In this document: positions 38,668-48,360 of the stretch, piece by piece
Layout of the letters: each line of letters opens with the position of its first letter
Position numbering within the stretch: the stretch's first letter is position 1
From: Nannocystis bainbridge
GTDB lineage: Bacteria > Myxococcota_A > Polyangia > Nannocystales > Nannocystaceae
DNA length: 64,000 bases
Assembly: GCF_028368995.1 (NCBI RefSeq)
Contig: NZ_JAQNDL010000001.1
Coordinates: 2,592,001-2,656,000 of the forward strand
Direction: 5' to 3'
Program-made: the position numbers and the translations under genes
The notes under the pieces: generated by a model
What the model was told of the DNA's origin: nothing
What the model saw: the letters and a program-made list of their open reading frames with translations, nothing else
Databases searched by the model: none

Positions 38668-40380
38668 GTGCCTGGCCTGCCCGTCTGGACCCGCCTCTGC
38701 CCTGTCGACGTGTTGCGTCACCCGGTCATCGCCGGCGTCGCCGAGCTGCTGGCCGGCCAGGACGTGCAGGCCGCGCTGCACGAGGGTCAGCGCGCGGGCA
38801 CCTACCCCACCGATGTCGTCGCCGCGCTGCGGCGGATCGGCGTCGCTCGCCTTTTCACCGACGAGGCCGAGGTGTTCCACCTCTGCGGCCTCAACGCGAT
38901 CGCGGCGGCCGTCGACGGTTCGCTGGCGATCACCCTCGGCGTCAACGCCCTCGCGCTGTTGCCCGTGCACCTCGGCGCCAGCCCCGAGCTGCGCGCCCGC
39001 ACCTTCAAAAAGATCAACGACGGCGCGTTCGCGGCGATGCTGCTGACCGAGCTCGATCACGGCTCCAACCTGCTGCGCAACGAGGCCGCCGCCGCGCCGC
39101 ACCCCGAGGGCGGCTACCGCCTGACCGGCGAGAAGCACCTCATCAACGGCGCCACCCGCCACGACGTGCTCGTCTCGTTGATGCGGACCGCCCGCGGCGG
39201 CGCGGTCGCGTTCGGCGACTTCTCGGTGTTCTGCGTCGACCGCGACGACAGCGTCGAGGCCCTGCCGCGCTGGTCGACCCTGCCGGCGCGCGCGGCCGAC
39301 ATCGCCGGGGTCCGGTTCCACGGCACACATGTCCCCGAGGACAGCCTCGTCGGCAAGCTCGGCGACGGCTTCAGCCTGGTCCAGCGCACCCTCACCCTGT
39401 CGCGCGGCGGGATCAGCGGGCTCGCGTCCGGCTGCGCCTCGGGGGCGCTGGCGCTGGCGCTGCACTACGCCCACACCCGCGACGTCTACGGCGCCCCGAT
39501 CGTCGGCCTCGACGCGATCGCCGATCACCTCGTCGTGCACGCCGAGCTCGACCTCGTCGCCGCGGCGATGGCGGTCAAGGCCGCGGTGGCCGCCAACGCG
39601 CTCGGCATCGGCGCGGCGATCTACACCGCCGCGGCCAAGCTGGCCTGCTGCGCCCTGGCCGAGGAGGCGGTCGAGCAGGGCCGCCGCGTCGTCTCGAGTC
39701 GCGCGCTGCTGGCCGATCGCCCTTATGAGAAGTTCGTCCGCGACGTCACCCTCTACGGGGTGTTCGACGGCACCAGCCACCTGATGCTGACCGACCTGAG
39801 CCTGCGCCTGCCGCAGATCGTCAAGGCCCGCGACGAGGTCGAGCCGACGCTGCCGCGGGTCGCCGCGATGTTCGCCGCGCCCCCGCGTCCGCTCGCGGCG
39901 CTCGGCGACGCGCGTGCCCCGGTGCGTCACCTCGATCTTTCGGCCCATGCCCGGGCCCTCGACGCGATCGACGGCGGCGTCGGCTTCACCGCCTTCGTCG
40001 CCCTCGCCGACGCCGTCGTCGCCCTCGGCCGCGGCCTCCGCGGGCACAAGGCGTGGAACGACCAGGGCGTGCGGTTCGCCCTCGCCGAGGCGCTGGCGTG
40101 GATCGAGTGCGCCTTCGCCACGGCCGAGCTGGCCGACCCGGCCCGGCGCGCGGCCCTCGGCGCGCCCGCCTTGCCTTCGGGACAGGCTGTCCCGCGGGAC
40201 ATCCTCGTCGGCGCCCTCGCCGGCCTCGGCCTGCGCGCCCGCGCCCGCCTGCTCGAGGTCACCGCGCTCGCCGGCCTGCCTGTCCCGACGGACATGTCGC
40301 AGGTCGAGGCCGACCTCGTGGCCGCCCGCGCCGCCGCCCGCCCGGGCGCGCGCGCGTGGGTCCGCGCCCTGACCCCGTGA
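38668..40380 (+). CDS. Acyl-CoA dehydrogenase family protein
   Basis: LTELDHGSNL, LTGEKHLINGA, RDVTLYGVFDGT. Start (38668 or 38710) is uncertain. Confidence 0.88.
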   Translation: MPGLPVWTRLCPVDVLRHPVIAGVAELLAGQDVQAALHEGQRAGTYPTDVVAALRRIGVARLFTDEAEVFHLCGLNAIAAAVDGSLAITLGVNALALLPVHLGASPELRARTFKKINDGAFAAMLLTELDHGSNLLRNEAAAAPHPEGGYRLTGEKHLINGATRHDVLVSLMRTARGGAVAFGDFSVFCVDRDDSVEALPRWSTLPARAADIAGVRFHGTHVPEDSLVGKLGDGFSLVQRTLTLSRGGISGLASGCASGALALALHYAHTRDVYGAPIVGLDAIADHLVVHAELDLVAAAMAVKAAVAANALGIGAAIYTAAAKLACCALAEEAVEQGRRVVSSRALLADRPYEKFVRDVTLYGVFDGTSHLMLTDLSLRLPQIVKARDEVEPTLPRVAAMFAAPPRPLAALGDARAPVRHLDLSAHARALDAIDGGVGFTAFVALADAVVALGRGLRGHKAWNDQGVRFALAEALAWIECAFATAELADPARRAALGAPALPSGQAVPRDILVGALAGLGLRARARLLEVTALAGLPVPTDMSQVEADLVAARAAARPGARAWVRALTP

Positions 40381-40602
40381 CGCCGCTCGCGGCCTCGGGC
40401 TGACCTGTCCCTGCGGACAGCTACCACTGCGCTCCCGCGCCGCCCTCCCGCGCGATCGGCCCCGCCGCCCTGCGCACACTGTGCGGCCCCTCGGGTTAGC
40501 TGTCGCTATTCCGGTGTGACTTCCATGAAGCGACTGAGCGACTGCTGCCGCGGCCTGCGACGGCGCGGCCGTCCGGCCCGTGGTAGCGTCGTCGCCGCGA
40601 CG

Positions 40603-41535
40603 ATGCACTACCGACTCGAGCACCGGCGGCCCATCGACACCGCGATCGCGCAGCTGCGCTTCTCGCCCGACGGCGAGCGCCTGGCGCTGCTGACCGGCGA
40701 CAAGAAGAACAGCGTGCAGCTGCTGCAGTGCAGCGACCTCGCGCCGCTCGGGGCCCCGCGCTTCCTCCGTCACGACCTCGCCTTCGCCGGCGACGGCGCG
40801 CTGTTCGTCGCCGGTAAGACCATCCAGCGCCACGAGCTCGCCGAGGCCGGCGTCGGCAAGGCGACCCTCTCGATCGACGGCGACAAGAAGGGCCTCACGC
40901 AGATCGCCGCCTCGCCCGACGGCCGCTGGCTGGCGCTGCACAAGCACCTCGACGATCTCGAGCTGTGGTACCTCGGCGATGCGCAGCCGACCCGGCGCGC
41001 CAGCGTGCGCGCCAGCGTGCTCGTCGAGCTCGGCTTCCGGCCCGACAGCGGCCAGCTATGGTTCACCAGCCGGGTCTCGAGCCCGCTCCAGCTGCAGACG
41101 ATCGACCTCGATCCGGCCGGCTCCGATCTACGACCGACGCCGATCCGGCCGCTGCCCGGGGTGTTCGTCTACAGCCCCGTGCGCGCGGCCCCGGGCGGCC
41201 TCGTGGCCGTGAGCGACCAGCACGCCGACCTCGTGCTGCTCGAATGGGGCGCCGCCGAGCCGCGCCCGCTCGGCCTGCGCGCGCTGTGGGGCGACCGCTT
41301 CCCCGAGGACCTGGCCGTCTCGCCCGACGGCAGCCACGTCGCAGTCACCGCCCGCGACTCCGACACCCACCTGCGCGTCAGCGCGGCCGCCCTCGCCGGC
41401 GACGCCGAGCCGTTCACGTTCCGCTGGGAGGGCCGGACCACCAGCACCGCGGTGGCCCTGACCGCCGGCGGCGCCCGCCTGGCCGTGGCCCGCCGCACCT
41501 CGCCGAGCACGCTCTACATGTTTTTAAAGACATGA
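40603..41535 (+). CDS. WD40-like beta-propeller protein
   Basis: FSPDGERLA, ASPDGRWLA, FRPDSGQL, VSPDGSHVA repeats. Confidence 0.8.
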   Translation: MHYRLEHRRPIDTAIAQLRFSPDGERLALLTGDKKNSVQLLQCSDLAPLGAPRFLRHDLAFAGDGALFVAGKTIQRHELAEAGVGKATLSIDGDKKGLTQIAASPDGRWLALHKHLDDLELWYLGDAQPTRRASVRASVLVELGFRPDSGQLWFTSRVSSPLQLQTIDLDPAGSDLRPTPIRPLPGVFVYSPVRAAPGGLVAVSDQHADLVLLEWGAAEPRPLGLRALWGDRFPEDLAVSPDGSHVAVTARDSDTHLRVSAAALAGDAEPFTFRWEGRTTSTAVALTAGGARLAVARRTSPSTLYMFLKT

Positions 41536-41590
41536 CCCAAAGGACAGGGTCATTACGACATGTTTTCGAGAACATGTCCTGACAGACACT
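41515..41590. repeat. 14-bp-phased GACATGTC-type array (6 units) between convergent genes
   Basis: Cores at 41517, 41531, 41545, 41559, 41573 and 41587; overlaps the WD40 stop codon. Confidence 0.9.
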
Positions 41591-41600
41591 CTTCAAATCA

Positions 41601-43046
41601 TTACCCGAGCTCGGGTCCGGGGCGTTCGGCGACCTCGCGGGCCAGCTTGCCGAGGGTGCGGACCGCGTGGGCCAGCAGGTCGGACCACGGGTAGCCGCAG
41701 CTCATGCGGATGCAGTTGGCGAACCGCGGCTTGGCCGAGAAGATCGGCCCGGGCGCGACGCTGATGCCGTGGGCCAGGGCGCGCGCGTGCAGCTCGAGCG
41801 CCGGCGTGCCCGGCGGCAGCTCGACCCACAGCACGAAGCCGCCGGCCGGGCGCGACACCCGGGTGCCGGCGGGGAAGTGCTCGGCGATCGCCGCGCTGAC
41901 CTGCTCGACCTGGGCCTGCAGCTTGCGCCGCATCGCCCGCAGGTGGTGCTCGTAGCCGCCGTTCTCGACGAAGTCGGCGATCGCCAGCTGCGGCAGCGTC
42001 GGCGTCGCCACGCTGTTGGCGAACTTGAGCTGCTCGACCTGCTCGCGGAACCGGCCCGGCATCGCGTAGCCGACCCGGTAGCCGGGCGCCAGCGTCTTGG
42101 TGAACGACGAGCACAGCATCACCAGCCCGGCCTCGTCGAACGCCTTGGCCGGGCGCGGCATCGCCTGGCCGAAGTAAAGCTCGCCGTAGATGTCGTCCTC
42201 GATCAGCGGGATGTCGCGGCGCGCCAGCATCTCGACCAGCCGCTGCTTGGCCGCGTCGCGCATCGACGCTCCGAGCGGCTGGCTGACCACCGGCAAGCAC
42301 AGCACCGCCTTGATCTTGTGGGCCGCCAGCGCCTCCTCGAGCGCGTCGAGATCCATCCCGGTGCCCGGCTGGCACGGGATCTCGAGCGCGCGGATCCGCA
42401 GGCCCTCGATCAGCTGCAGCAGGCCGAAGTACAGCGGGCTCTCGATCGCCACCGTGTCGCCCGGCTGGGCCACCACGCGCAGGCACAGGCCCAGCGCCTC
42501 CATCGCGCCGACGGTGGTGACCACGTCGTCGGCCGTGACGGCGCAGCCGCGTTCGACCGCGCGGCGGGCGATCTGTCGCCGCAGCGCCGGGCAGCCGGGC
42601 GGCGGATCGTAGGACACGCCGACAGCCCCCGACGCGCGGGCGATCCGCGCCAGGGTGGCGTTGAGGCGGTCGGTCGGCAGCAGCTCCGGGCTCGGCGTGG
42701 CCGCCCCGAACGGCACGATGTGCGGGTCGCGGGTGGCCCCGTAGACCTTGGCCACCAGGCTCGCCACCGACACCTTCGAGGCCGTCGTCGAGGTCCGCGG
42801 CGCCCGCGGCTCGGGCAGCGTCGCGCAGCGCCGGCGCACGTAGTGGCCCGACTGCGGCCGCGCCTCGATCAGGCCGCTGCCCTCGAGGTGCTGGTAGGCC
42901 TGGATCACCGTCGACACGCTGACGCCCTGCTGCTTGCTCAGGCGCCGCACCGACGGCACGCGGTCGCCCGGGCGCAGCGCCCCGCGCTCGATGAGCCCGG
43001 CCACGTGGGCCGCCACCCGCTCGTAGAGCAACGCCCCCGCGTCCAC
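41601..43046 (-). CDS. MocR/GntR family regulator (wHTH plus PLP aminotransferase domain)
   Basis: LRPGDRVPSVR..S....VSVSTV..AY, IEDDIYGEL, SFTKTLAPGYRVG. Confidence 0.95.
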   Translation of the reverse strand: MDAGALLYERVAAHVAGLIERGALRPGDRVPSVRRLSKQQGVSVSTVIQAYQHLEGSGLIEARPQSGHYVRRRCATLPEPRAPRTSTTASKVSVASLVAKVYGATRDPHIVPFGAATPSPELLPTDRLNATLARIARASGAVGVSYDPPPGCPALRRQIARRAVERGCAVTADDVVTTVGAMEALGLCLRVVAQPGDTVAIESPLYFGLLQLIEGLRIRALEIPCQPGTGMDLDALEEALAAHKIKAVLCLPVVSQPLGASMRDAAKQRLVEMLARRDIPLIEDDIYGELYFGQAMPRPAKAFDEAGLVMLCSSFTKTLAPGYRVGYAMPGRFREQVEQLKFANSVATPTLPQLAIADFVENGGYEHHLRAMRRKLQAQVEQVSAAIAEHFPAGTRVSRPAGGFVLWVELPPGTPALELHARALAHGISVAPGPIFSAKPRFANCIRMSCGYPWSDLLAHAVRTLGKLAREVAERPGPELG

Positions 43047-43108
43047 GACACCAGCCTACCTCGCCGCGGCGGGTGGGACCAGCACAGCCCGGCCGGCGCC
43101 CGGCCGGC

Positions 43109-43140
43109 ACAGTTGCAGCGAACTGCAACTGTACCGGTAC
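43109..43140. promoter_or_regulatory. Putative MocR operator
   Basis: ACAGTTGCAG-cgaa-CTGCAACTGT perfect inverted repeat plus overlapping GTACCGGTAC palindrome in the divergent intergenic region. Confidence 0.6.
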
Positions 43141-43195
43141 CATCTCGGTCCTTCTGCATCTGTTACGGTCGGGGTCGCCGGCCCATGCTGTGGCC

Positions 43196-44140
43196 ATGGC
43201 TTCCTCCTCCGGCGTCTGGATCGCCCCGCCCGTGCGGATCGCCTGGGACCGGGCCGCCGCCTCCGCGACCCGCCCGGCGCGCGCGAGGCCGCCGATGATG
43301 ATCGTCGCGGCGATGCTCGCGGTGTATTTCCTGTGGGGCTCGACCTACCTGGCGATCCGCGTCGCGCTCGAGACGATCCCGCCGTTCTCGCTCGGGGCCA
43401 TGCGGTTCCTGATCGCCGGCGGCGGGCTCTACGCGGCGCTGCGCCTGTTCGGCGCGCCCAAGCCGACCGCCGCCGAGTGGCGCACCTCGTTCCTCACCGG
43501 CGCGCTGCTGTTCGTGGCCGGCAACGGCTTCGTGGTGCTCGGCGAGCAGTGGGTCAGCTCCGGCCTGGTCGCGCTGGTGGTCGGGACCATGCCGCTGTGG
43601 GCCGCCCTGTTCGGCCGCGCCGCCGGGCAGCCGCCGACCACCCGCGAGTGGCTGGGCCTCGGCCTCGGCTTCGCCGGCGTCGCCATCCTTCAGCTCGGCG
43701 GCGAGCTCGCGGGCGCCGGCCTCGGCGCGCTGCTGGTCCTGCTCGCCCCGGTCTGCTGGGCCCTCGGCGTGGTCCTCGGCCGCTCTCGCCCGCTGCCGGC
43801 CGGGCCGATGGCCGCCGCCACCCAGATGCTGGCCGGCGGCGTGATGATGGCCGGCATCGCCGCCCTGCTGGGCGAGGCACCGGCTGTCCCTTCGGCCAGG
43901 TCCATGGCGGCCGTGCTCCACCTGGTCGTCAGCGGCTCGCTGATCGGCTTCACCGCCTACGGCTACCTGCTGCGCCGGACCCGGCCCGCCGTCGCCAACA
44001 GCTACGCCTACGTCAACCCGGTGGTCGCCATCGTGCTCGGCGCCGCTCTGGCCAGCGAGCCGGTCGGCCCGCTGACCTGGCTGGCGACCGCGGTGATCCT
44101 GTCCGGCGTGGTCGTCATCGGCCTCGGCGGCAAGCGCTGA
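43196..44140 (+). CDS. EamA/DMT exporter (YedA-like)
   Basis: VYFLWGSTYLAIR, GSLIGFTAYGYLL, YAYVNPVVA. Confidence 0.93.
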   Translation: MASSSGVWIAPPVRIAWDRAAASATRPARARPPMMIVAAMLAVYFLWGSTYLAIRVALETIPPFSLGAMRFLIAGGGLYAALRLFGAPKPTAAEWRTSFLTGALLFVAGNGFVVLGEQWVSSGLVALVVGTMPLWAALFGRAAGQPPTTREWLGLGLGFAGVAILQLGGELAGAGLGALLVLLAPVCWALGVVLGRSRPLPAGPMAAATQMLAGGVMMAGIAALLGEAPAVPSARSMAAVLHLVVSGSLIGFTAYGYLLRRTRPAVANSYAYVNPVVAIVLGAALASEPVGPLTWLATAVILSGVVVIGLGGKR

Positions 44141-44194
44141 TGCATGTCCTTCAGGGCATGTCCTCGAGGACATGCCACCTCGGGGCCATGTCTT

Positions 44195-44602
44195 TCAGCT
44201 CCGCGGCCCGTCGTAAACCTGGACGCTGACGCGGATCTGCCCCGAGTTGTCCTCGTGGTTCGAGTCCCAATAATAAAACAGCAGCGTGCCCTCGGTCAGG
44301 ATCGTCATGCTCAGGTGGGTGCCGACGCCGAAGAACGTGGCGCCGCCGTCGAGGCTGCCGACCAGCGCGCCGTACAAGAACGCCTGGGCGCCGCGGCCGA
44401 ACAGCCCGTAGTCGCCGCCCAGCGGGTTGCCGAGGCCGTTCGCGTTCGAGGTCCGGTCGGCCACGCCGGCGCTCCACGTGTCCTCGGGATCGACGTGGAT
44501 CACCAGCAGCTGCCCCGGCGACAGCGCGATCGCGGTGTCGAGGGCGGCCCCGCCCGAGATGCTGTGCTTCCTCGCGTCCACCACGAATGCGCCCTGCGCC
44601 AT
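44195..44602 (-). CDS. PA-IL/LecA-like lectin
   Basis: LDTAIAL..G, WSAG, YGALVGSL, D...DNSG.I.V; no signal peptide. Confidence 0.6.
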   Translation of the reverse strand: MAQGAFVVDARKHSISGGAALDTAIALSPGQLLVIHVDPEDTWSAGVADRTSNANGLGNPLGGDYGLFGRGAQAFLYGALVGSLDGGATFFGVGTHLSMTILTEGTLLFYYWDSNHEDNSGQIRVSVQVYDGPRS

Positions 44603-44837
44603 GAACCCCTCCCGACCCTGCGGTCGTCGCGGTTCGTGGACCGGGACCTCGCGACCGTCAAGCCGGCCTCGCGTCGCGCCCGGCGAACGCCGACCCGGCG
44701 CGCGCGAGCCGTCGCCGCCGCGCGGCTCGGCGGCGTGCGGGGCCGCCGTGACGCGCACGAGCGCGCGCCGACGACATGTCCCGCAGGACATGTGATGCGC
44801 AGTTACGACCTGTCCCGCGGGACAGGCCGCCGCGGCG

Positions 44838-45665
44838 TCACGCCGCCTCGTCTTCCAGCAGGCGGAAGTTGCGGCGGGCCAGCTCGAGGTTGTCGTTGTC
44901 CCACGGGTGGAAGCTCGGGCGCAGGTACTCGCGCAGCCCGCGGAGGAACACCCGGCGGATGATCGGCTCGCGCTGCTGCGTCGCTCGCAGCTGGCGCAGC
45001 GCCTCGCGCAGGCTCAGGTCCTTCTCCTGGCGCATCAGCATCACCGCGCCCGCCAGCCAGAACGCCCCCAGCAGCGTCGTCGCCAGCGCCATCCCGGCCA
45101 TCCGCAGCGCATAGCTCGGGCGCACCTGCTTCAGCACGTCGAAGGCCACCGCCTTGTGCTCGATCTCCTCGGCCGCGTGCCAGCGGAGCAGCCGCTGCAT
45201 CTTCGGGTGCACCACCGCCAGCGTGCCCTGGTCCGTCAGCGCCCCCTCGGCCATGATCGCCGTGTAGTGCTCGAGCGCCGCCGTCACCGACAGGCGCAGC
45301 GCCGGCGGGCTGATGCGCTCGATGAAGTCGAACGCCACGCGCTTGTACACCCGCAGGAACGTGTCGATGTCGTAGCCCTGGCCGCGCAAGATCTCGAACA
45401 CGCGCTCGTGCTCGTGCGCGTGGCGGCCCTCCTGGCCGAAGAACCCGCGGATCTGCTCGCGCAGCGTCGGGTCGTCGATCGCGCCCATGTAGTGGCGGAC
45501 GGCCCGCACGAAGAAGCGCTCGCCCATCGGGAAGATCAGGTGCAGCGCGTTGCCGATGGCCGTCGACACCGGCAGCCCGGCCATCCAGTGGCGCGGCAGA
45601 TCGTCGAGGTCGAATTCCATCGCTCGCGGCTTGATGGGTCCCAGGTCGGCGGGGGCGTGCTGCAT
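44838..45665 (-). CDS. Predicted metal-dependent hydrolase (ferritin-like HExxH family)
   Basis: FPMGERFFV, GQEGRHAHEH, LEHYTA, WHAAEEIEHKAVAFD, FHPW. Confidence 0.9.
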   Translation of the reverse strand: MQHAPADLGPIKPRAMEFDLDDLPRHWMAGLPVSTAIGNALHLIFPMGERFFVRAVRHYMGAIDDPTLREQIRGFFGQEGRHAHEHERVFEILRGQGYDIDTFLRVYKRVAFDFIERISPPALRLSVTAALEHYTAIMAEGALTDQGTLAVVHPKMQRLLRWHAAEEIEHKAVAFDVLKQVRPSYALRMAGMALATTLLGAFWLAGAVMLMRQEKDLSLREALRQLRATQQREPIIRRVFLRGLREYLRPSFHPWDNDNLELARRNFRLLEDEAA

Positions 45666-45782
45666 CGAGAACCTCCTGTGCGCATCGAGCGTACCGCCTA
45701 TTGAATCAGAGTCAATAGCCGCTCGGAACCCTCTGTGGCGGGTCTCAGCGCCCCCGTCACAGCACAGCGCGCGAAACCGCCC

Positions 45783-47168
45783 TCAGTCGTCGAAGGTCGG
45801 ATGCACGATCCACAGGCTCGGCCAGAGCGACGGTTCGACCCGCGCGAGGTCGACGGACGGATCGATCATCAACTGCGGCCTGCGCCCGTTGAGCGACACC
45901 AGCGCGACCACGCGGACCTCGATCGCCGCGTGCCCGCGCGCCCGCAGGTCGTCGGCGAGGAAGCGGGCGTACTGCAGGATCATCTCTGGCCGGCCGCTCA
46001 TCTCCTGGCGCTGCCAGCCCGGCAGACGTCCGGCCAGGTCGATCTTCCACGACGCGCCGAGCTCGGGATCACTGGCGAAGAAGCGGACGTAGCCGTTCTT
46101 GTCGCGCAGCTTCATGCGCCACGCGAACTTGTGGCCCTCCTCGGTCCACGCCACGTCGCCCGGATAAAGCCAGTGGCGCAGCGGGAACAGCAGCTGCCAG
46201 CCGACATAAAGCCCCAGGGCCACCAGCGTCGCCCGCTGCGCGCGCCCGAGGTGAGCCGGCGGACCGGCGACGATCGGCGCCGGCGACGGCGGCGCGCCGA
46301 CGCGGGCCGCGACGCGGTTCCACAGCCGGCGCGGCCAGTCCGGTTCGAAGAAGATCGTGGTCGCCGCGATCATCACCCACGGGAAGATGCCGATCGAGAA
46401 CACCGCCGCGTTGATCAGGTGGAAGCTCAGCGCCAGCACGTAGGCGAGCGCGCGCGTCGGTCGCCACAGCAGCGCCGGCACCACCAGCAGATCGAACCCG
46501 AGCCCGCCCCAGCTGAAGAAGTACGGCGCCCACCACTCGCGCAGCAGCGGCCCGGCGAGCGGCAGGTCGGCGCTCTCGGCCAGCCACGTGCGCATCGGCT
46601 CGCCGCGCAGCCAGTCGGGGTTCAGCTTGGCCAGCCCGGCGTAGAAGTACGGGATCCCGATCTGCGCCCGCAGCAGCCACAGCGCCCACGCCGGGGCCGT
46701 ATCGGCGCGCAGCCGCGGCCGCAGCCAGGCGTCGACCGACGCGGCCCGGTGCGCCGGCACGAACATCATCAAGAAGCTGACCAGCGCCAGCAGATAGATG
46801 TGATTGAGGTAACAGCTCTGCTCGAGCAGGAACACGTACGAGATGCCGACGAAGAACACCGCCGCGGCCGTGCGGTACCACAGCCCGATCGTCACGCACA
46901 GCGCCGCCAGCCCGAGCACCCCGAACACCACGTGCATGCCGTCGCCGGCGAGCGGCCGCACCCAGTCGAGGGCGAAGAACGTGAAGTGGAACTCCGGCTC
47001 GATGTAGAGCGGGCCGATGTCGGGCAGGTCGCGCCACACCTCGACGAACATCAGGAGGCCGAACAGCACCCGGAAGCACGCCAGCGAGGCGATGTCGACG
47101 GTGGCGAACAGCCGGCGCGAGGCGAGCGGCAACAGCGAGGCGACGGGCCTGGGCATGGCCGGCGGCAT
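45783..47168 (-). CDS. Vitamin K-dependent gamma-carboxylase-like protein (HTTM plus lumenal domain)
   Basis: SLACFRVLFG, YLNHIYL, YFYAGLAKLNPDWL, IGIFPW, WTEEGHKFAWRM, SLNGR..Q..IDPSVDL. Start is 47168 or 47156. Confidence 0.9.
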   Translation of the reverse strand: MPPAMPRPVASLLPLASRRLFATVDIASLACFRVLFGLLMFVEVWRDLPDIGPLYIEPEFHFTFFALDWVRPLAGDGMHVVFGVLGLAALCVTIGLWYRTAAAVFFVGISYVFLLEQSCYLNHIYLLALVSFLMMFVPAHRAASVDAWLRPRLRADTAPAWALWLLRAQIGIPYFYAGLAKLNPDWLRGEPMRTWLAESADLPLAGPLLREWWAPYFFSWGGLGFDLLVVPALLWRPTRALAYVLALSFHLINAAVFSIGIFPWVMIAATTIFFEPDWPRRLWNRVAARVGAPPSPAPIVAGPPAHLGRAQRATLVALGLYVGWQLLFPLRHWLYPGDVAWTEEGHKFAWRMKLRDKNGYVRFFASDPELGASWKIDLAGRLPGWQRQEMSGRPEMILQYARFLADDLRARGHAAIEVRVVALVSLNGRRPQLMIDPSVDLARVEPSLWPSLWIVHPTFDD

Positions 47169-47403
47169 AGCGCCGATCGTCGGCGACGCAGCCCGCCCGC
47201 TCCGCGCCCGCCCTCGCGCGCGTACATCCTCGCCTTCGCGCCCGCGCGAGCTGCCCGGCGGGGCCGCCATCCGAGCGAGCGTCCGCCGAATGCTCGCTCG
47301 CCTGGTGCCATGATTCGCGACTGAGCCCGCTTGATGCCGCCCTCGACCCGACGCATAGAAGCTACCGGTCCGCCACTGGCAAATGGGTGGAGGAGGAGTT
47401 GTC

Positions 47404-47772
47404 ATGCGAATGAGAATCAACGAATACACCTGGATTCATACGACGATCTTCGCGCTCGCGGCCGCATTCGCGACGACCGCGTGCGACGAGACTGAGGCGA
47501 TCGACGAGGAGGCGCTGGCCGTCGAGCCGGTCGACGAAGACGAACCCGAGGCGGGTCAGGTCGACGGCCAGACGGTCGACGAGCTGACCGACGACGAGGA
47601 GGAGGTCAGCGCCGACGAGGAGCGCCGCCGCGGGCACGACGACGACGACGGCTGGGGCCGCCGGCGTCACGGCCACGACGACGACGACGGCTGGGGCCGT
47701 CGGCGCCGCCACGACGACGACGGCTGGGGCCGCCGCCGCCACGGCGGTCGCGACGGGTGGGGTCGCCACTAG
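47404..47772 (+). CDS. Acidic lipoprotein/precursor with four C-terminal DGWG repeats
   Basis: Strong GGAGGAGGAG RBS; ATTAC lipobox; 46-aa E/D-rich segment; RRRGHDDDDGWG-type repeats. Confidence 0.85.
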   Translation: MRMRINEYTWIHTTIFALAAAFATTACDETEAIDEEALAVEPVDEDEPEAGQVDGQTVDELTDDEEEVSADEERRRGHDDDDGWGRRRHGHDDDDGWGRRRRHDDDGWGRRRHGGRDGWGRH

Positions 47773-47847
47773 ACGAACGCTGCGGCCGACCGCGCCCGCG
47801 ATCTCCATCGCGGGCGCGGCCGGCCGTCGCCTCGTCGGAGACACCGC

Positions 47848-48360
47848 ATGATCCTCCGGACCCGCATCTTGCTGCTCGGCGCCGCCGCCTTCCACCTCGC
47901 GCTCGTCGTGCTCGGCGGGCTCGGCTTCTGCCTGTGGGGCGCCGGCCCGCTCGGGCCGCTCTTGACGTATTACGCCGCGCTGACCGGGGCCGACAGCGGC
48001 TACGGTTTCTACGCGCCCTCGGTCGGCGACCCGCCGACCCTGACGCTGACGATCGTCGACGACGAAGGCCGCGCCCGCCTCGAGAGCCTCGCGCCGCGGA
48101 TCACCCGCGAGGCCGACATCCGCGTCGAGGACCTCATCGAGGTGTTCCACAACCGCCGCATCGACGAGGCCGTGCGCGCCCGCCTGGCCGCCTCGTGGGC
48201 CGCGGAGCTGTTCTCGCGCCACCCGTCGGCGCGCAGCGTCACCGTCGACATGGGCTTTCATCGCGTGCCCTCGCTGGTGGCCGCCAGCCGCGGCGCCCCC
48301 ACCCGCTGGCGCTCGGTCTACCGGGCCCGCGTGGTCCGCCCGGGCGGAGGTGAACCATGA
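47848..48360 (+). CDS. SdpA/DUF5819-like small membrane-anchored partner of HTTM protein
   Basis: N-terminal TM, YGFYAP motif; stop overlaps the next start (ATGA). Confidence 0.65.
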   Translation: MILRTRILLLGAAAFHLALVVLGGLGFCLWGAGPLGPLLTYYAALTGADSGYGFYAPSVGDPPTLTLTIVDDEGRARLESLAPRITREADIRVEDLIEVFHNRRIDEAVRARLAASWAAELFSRHPSARSVTVDMGFHRVPSLVAASRGAPTRWRSVYRARVVRPGGGEP

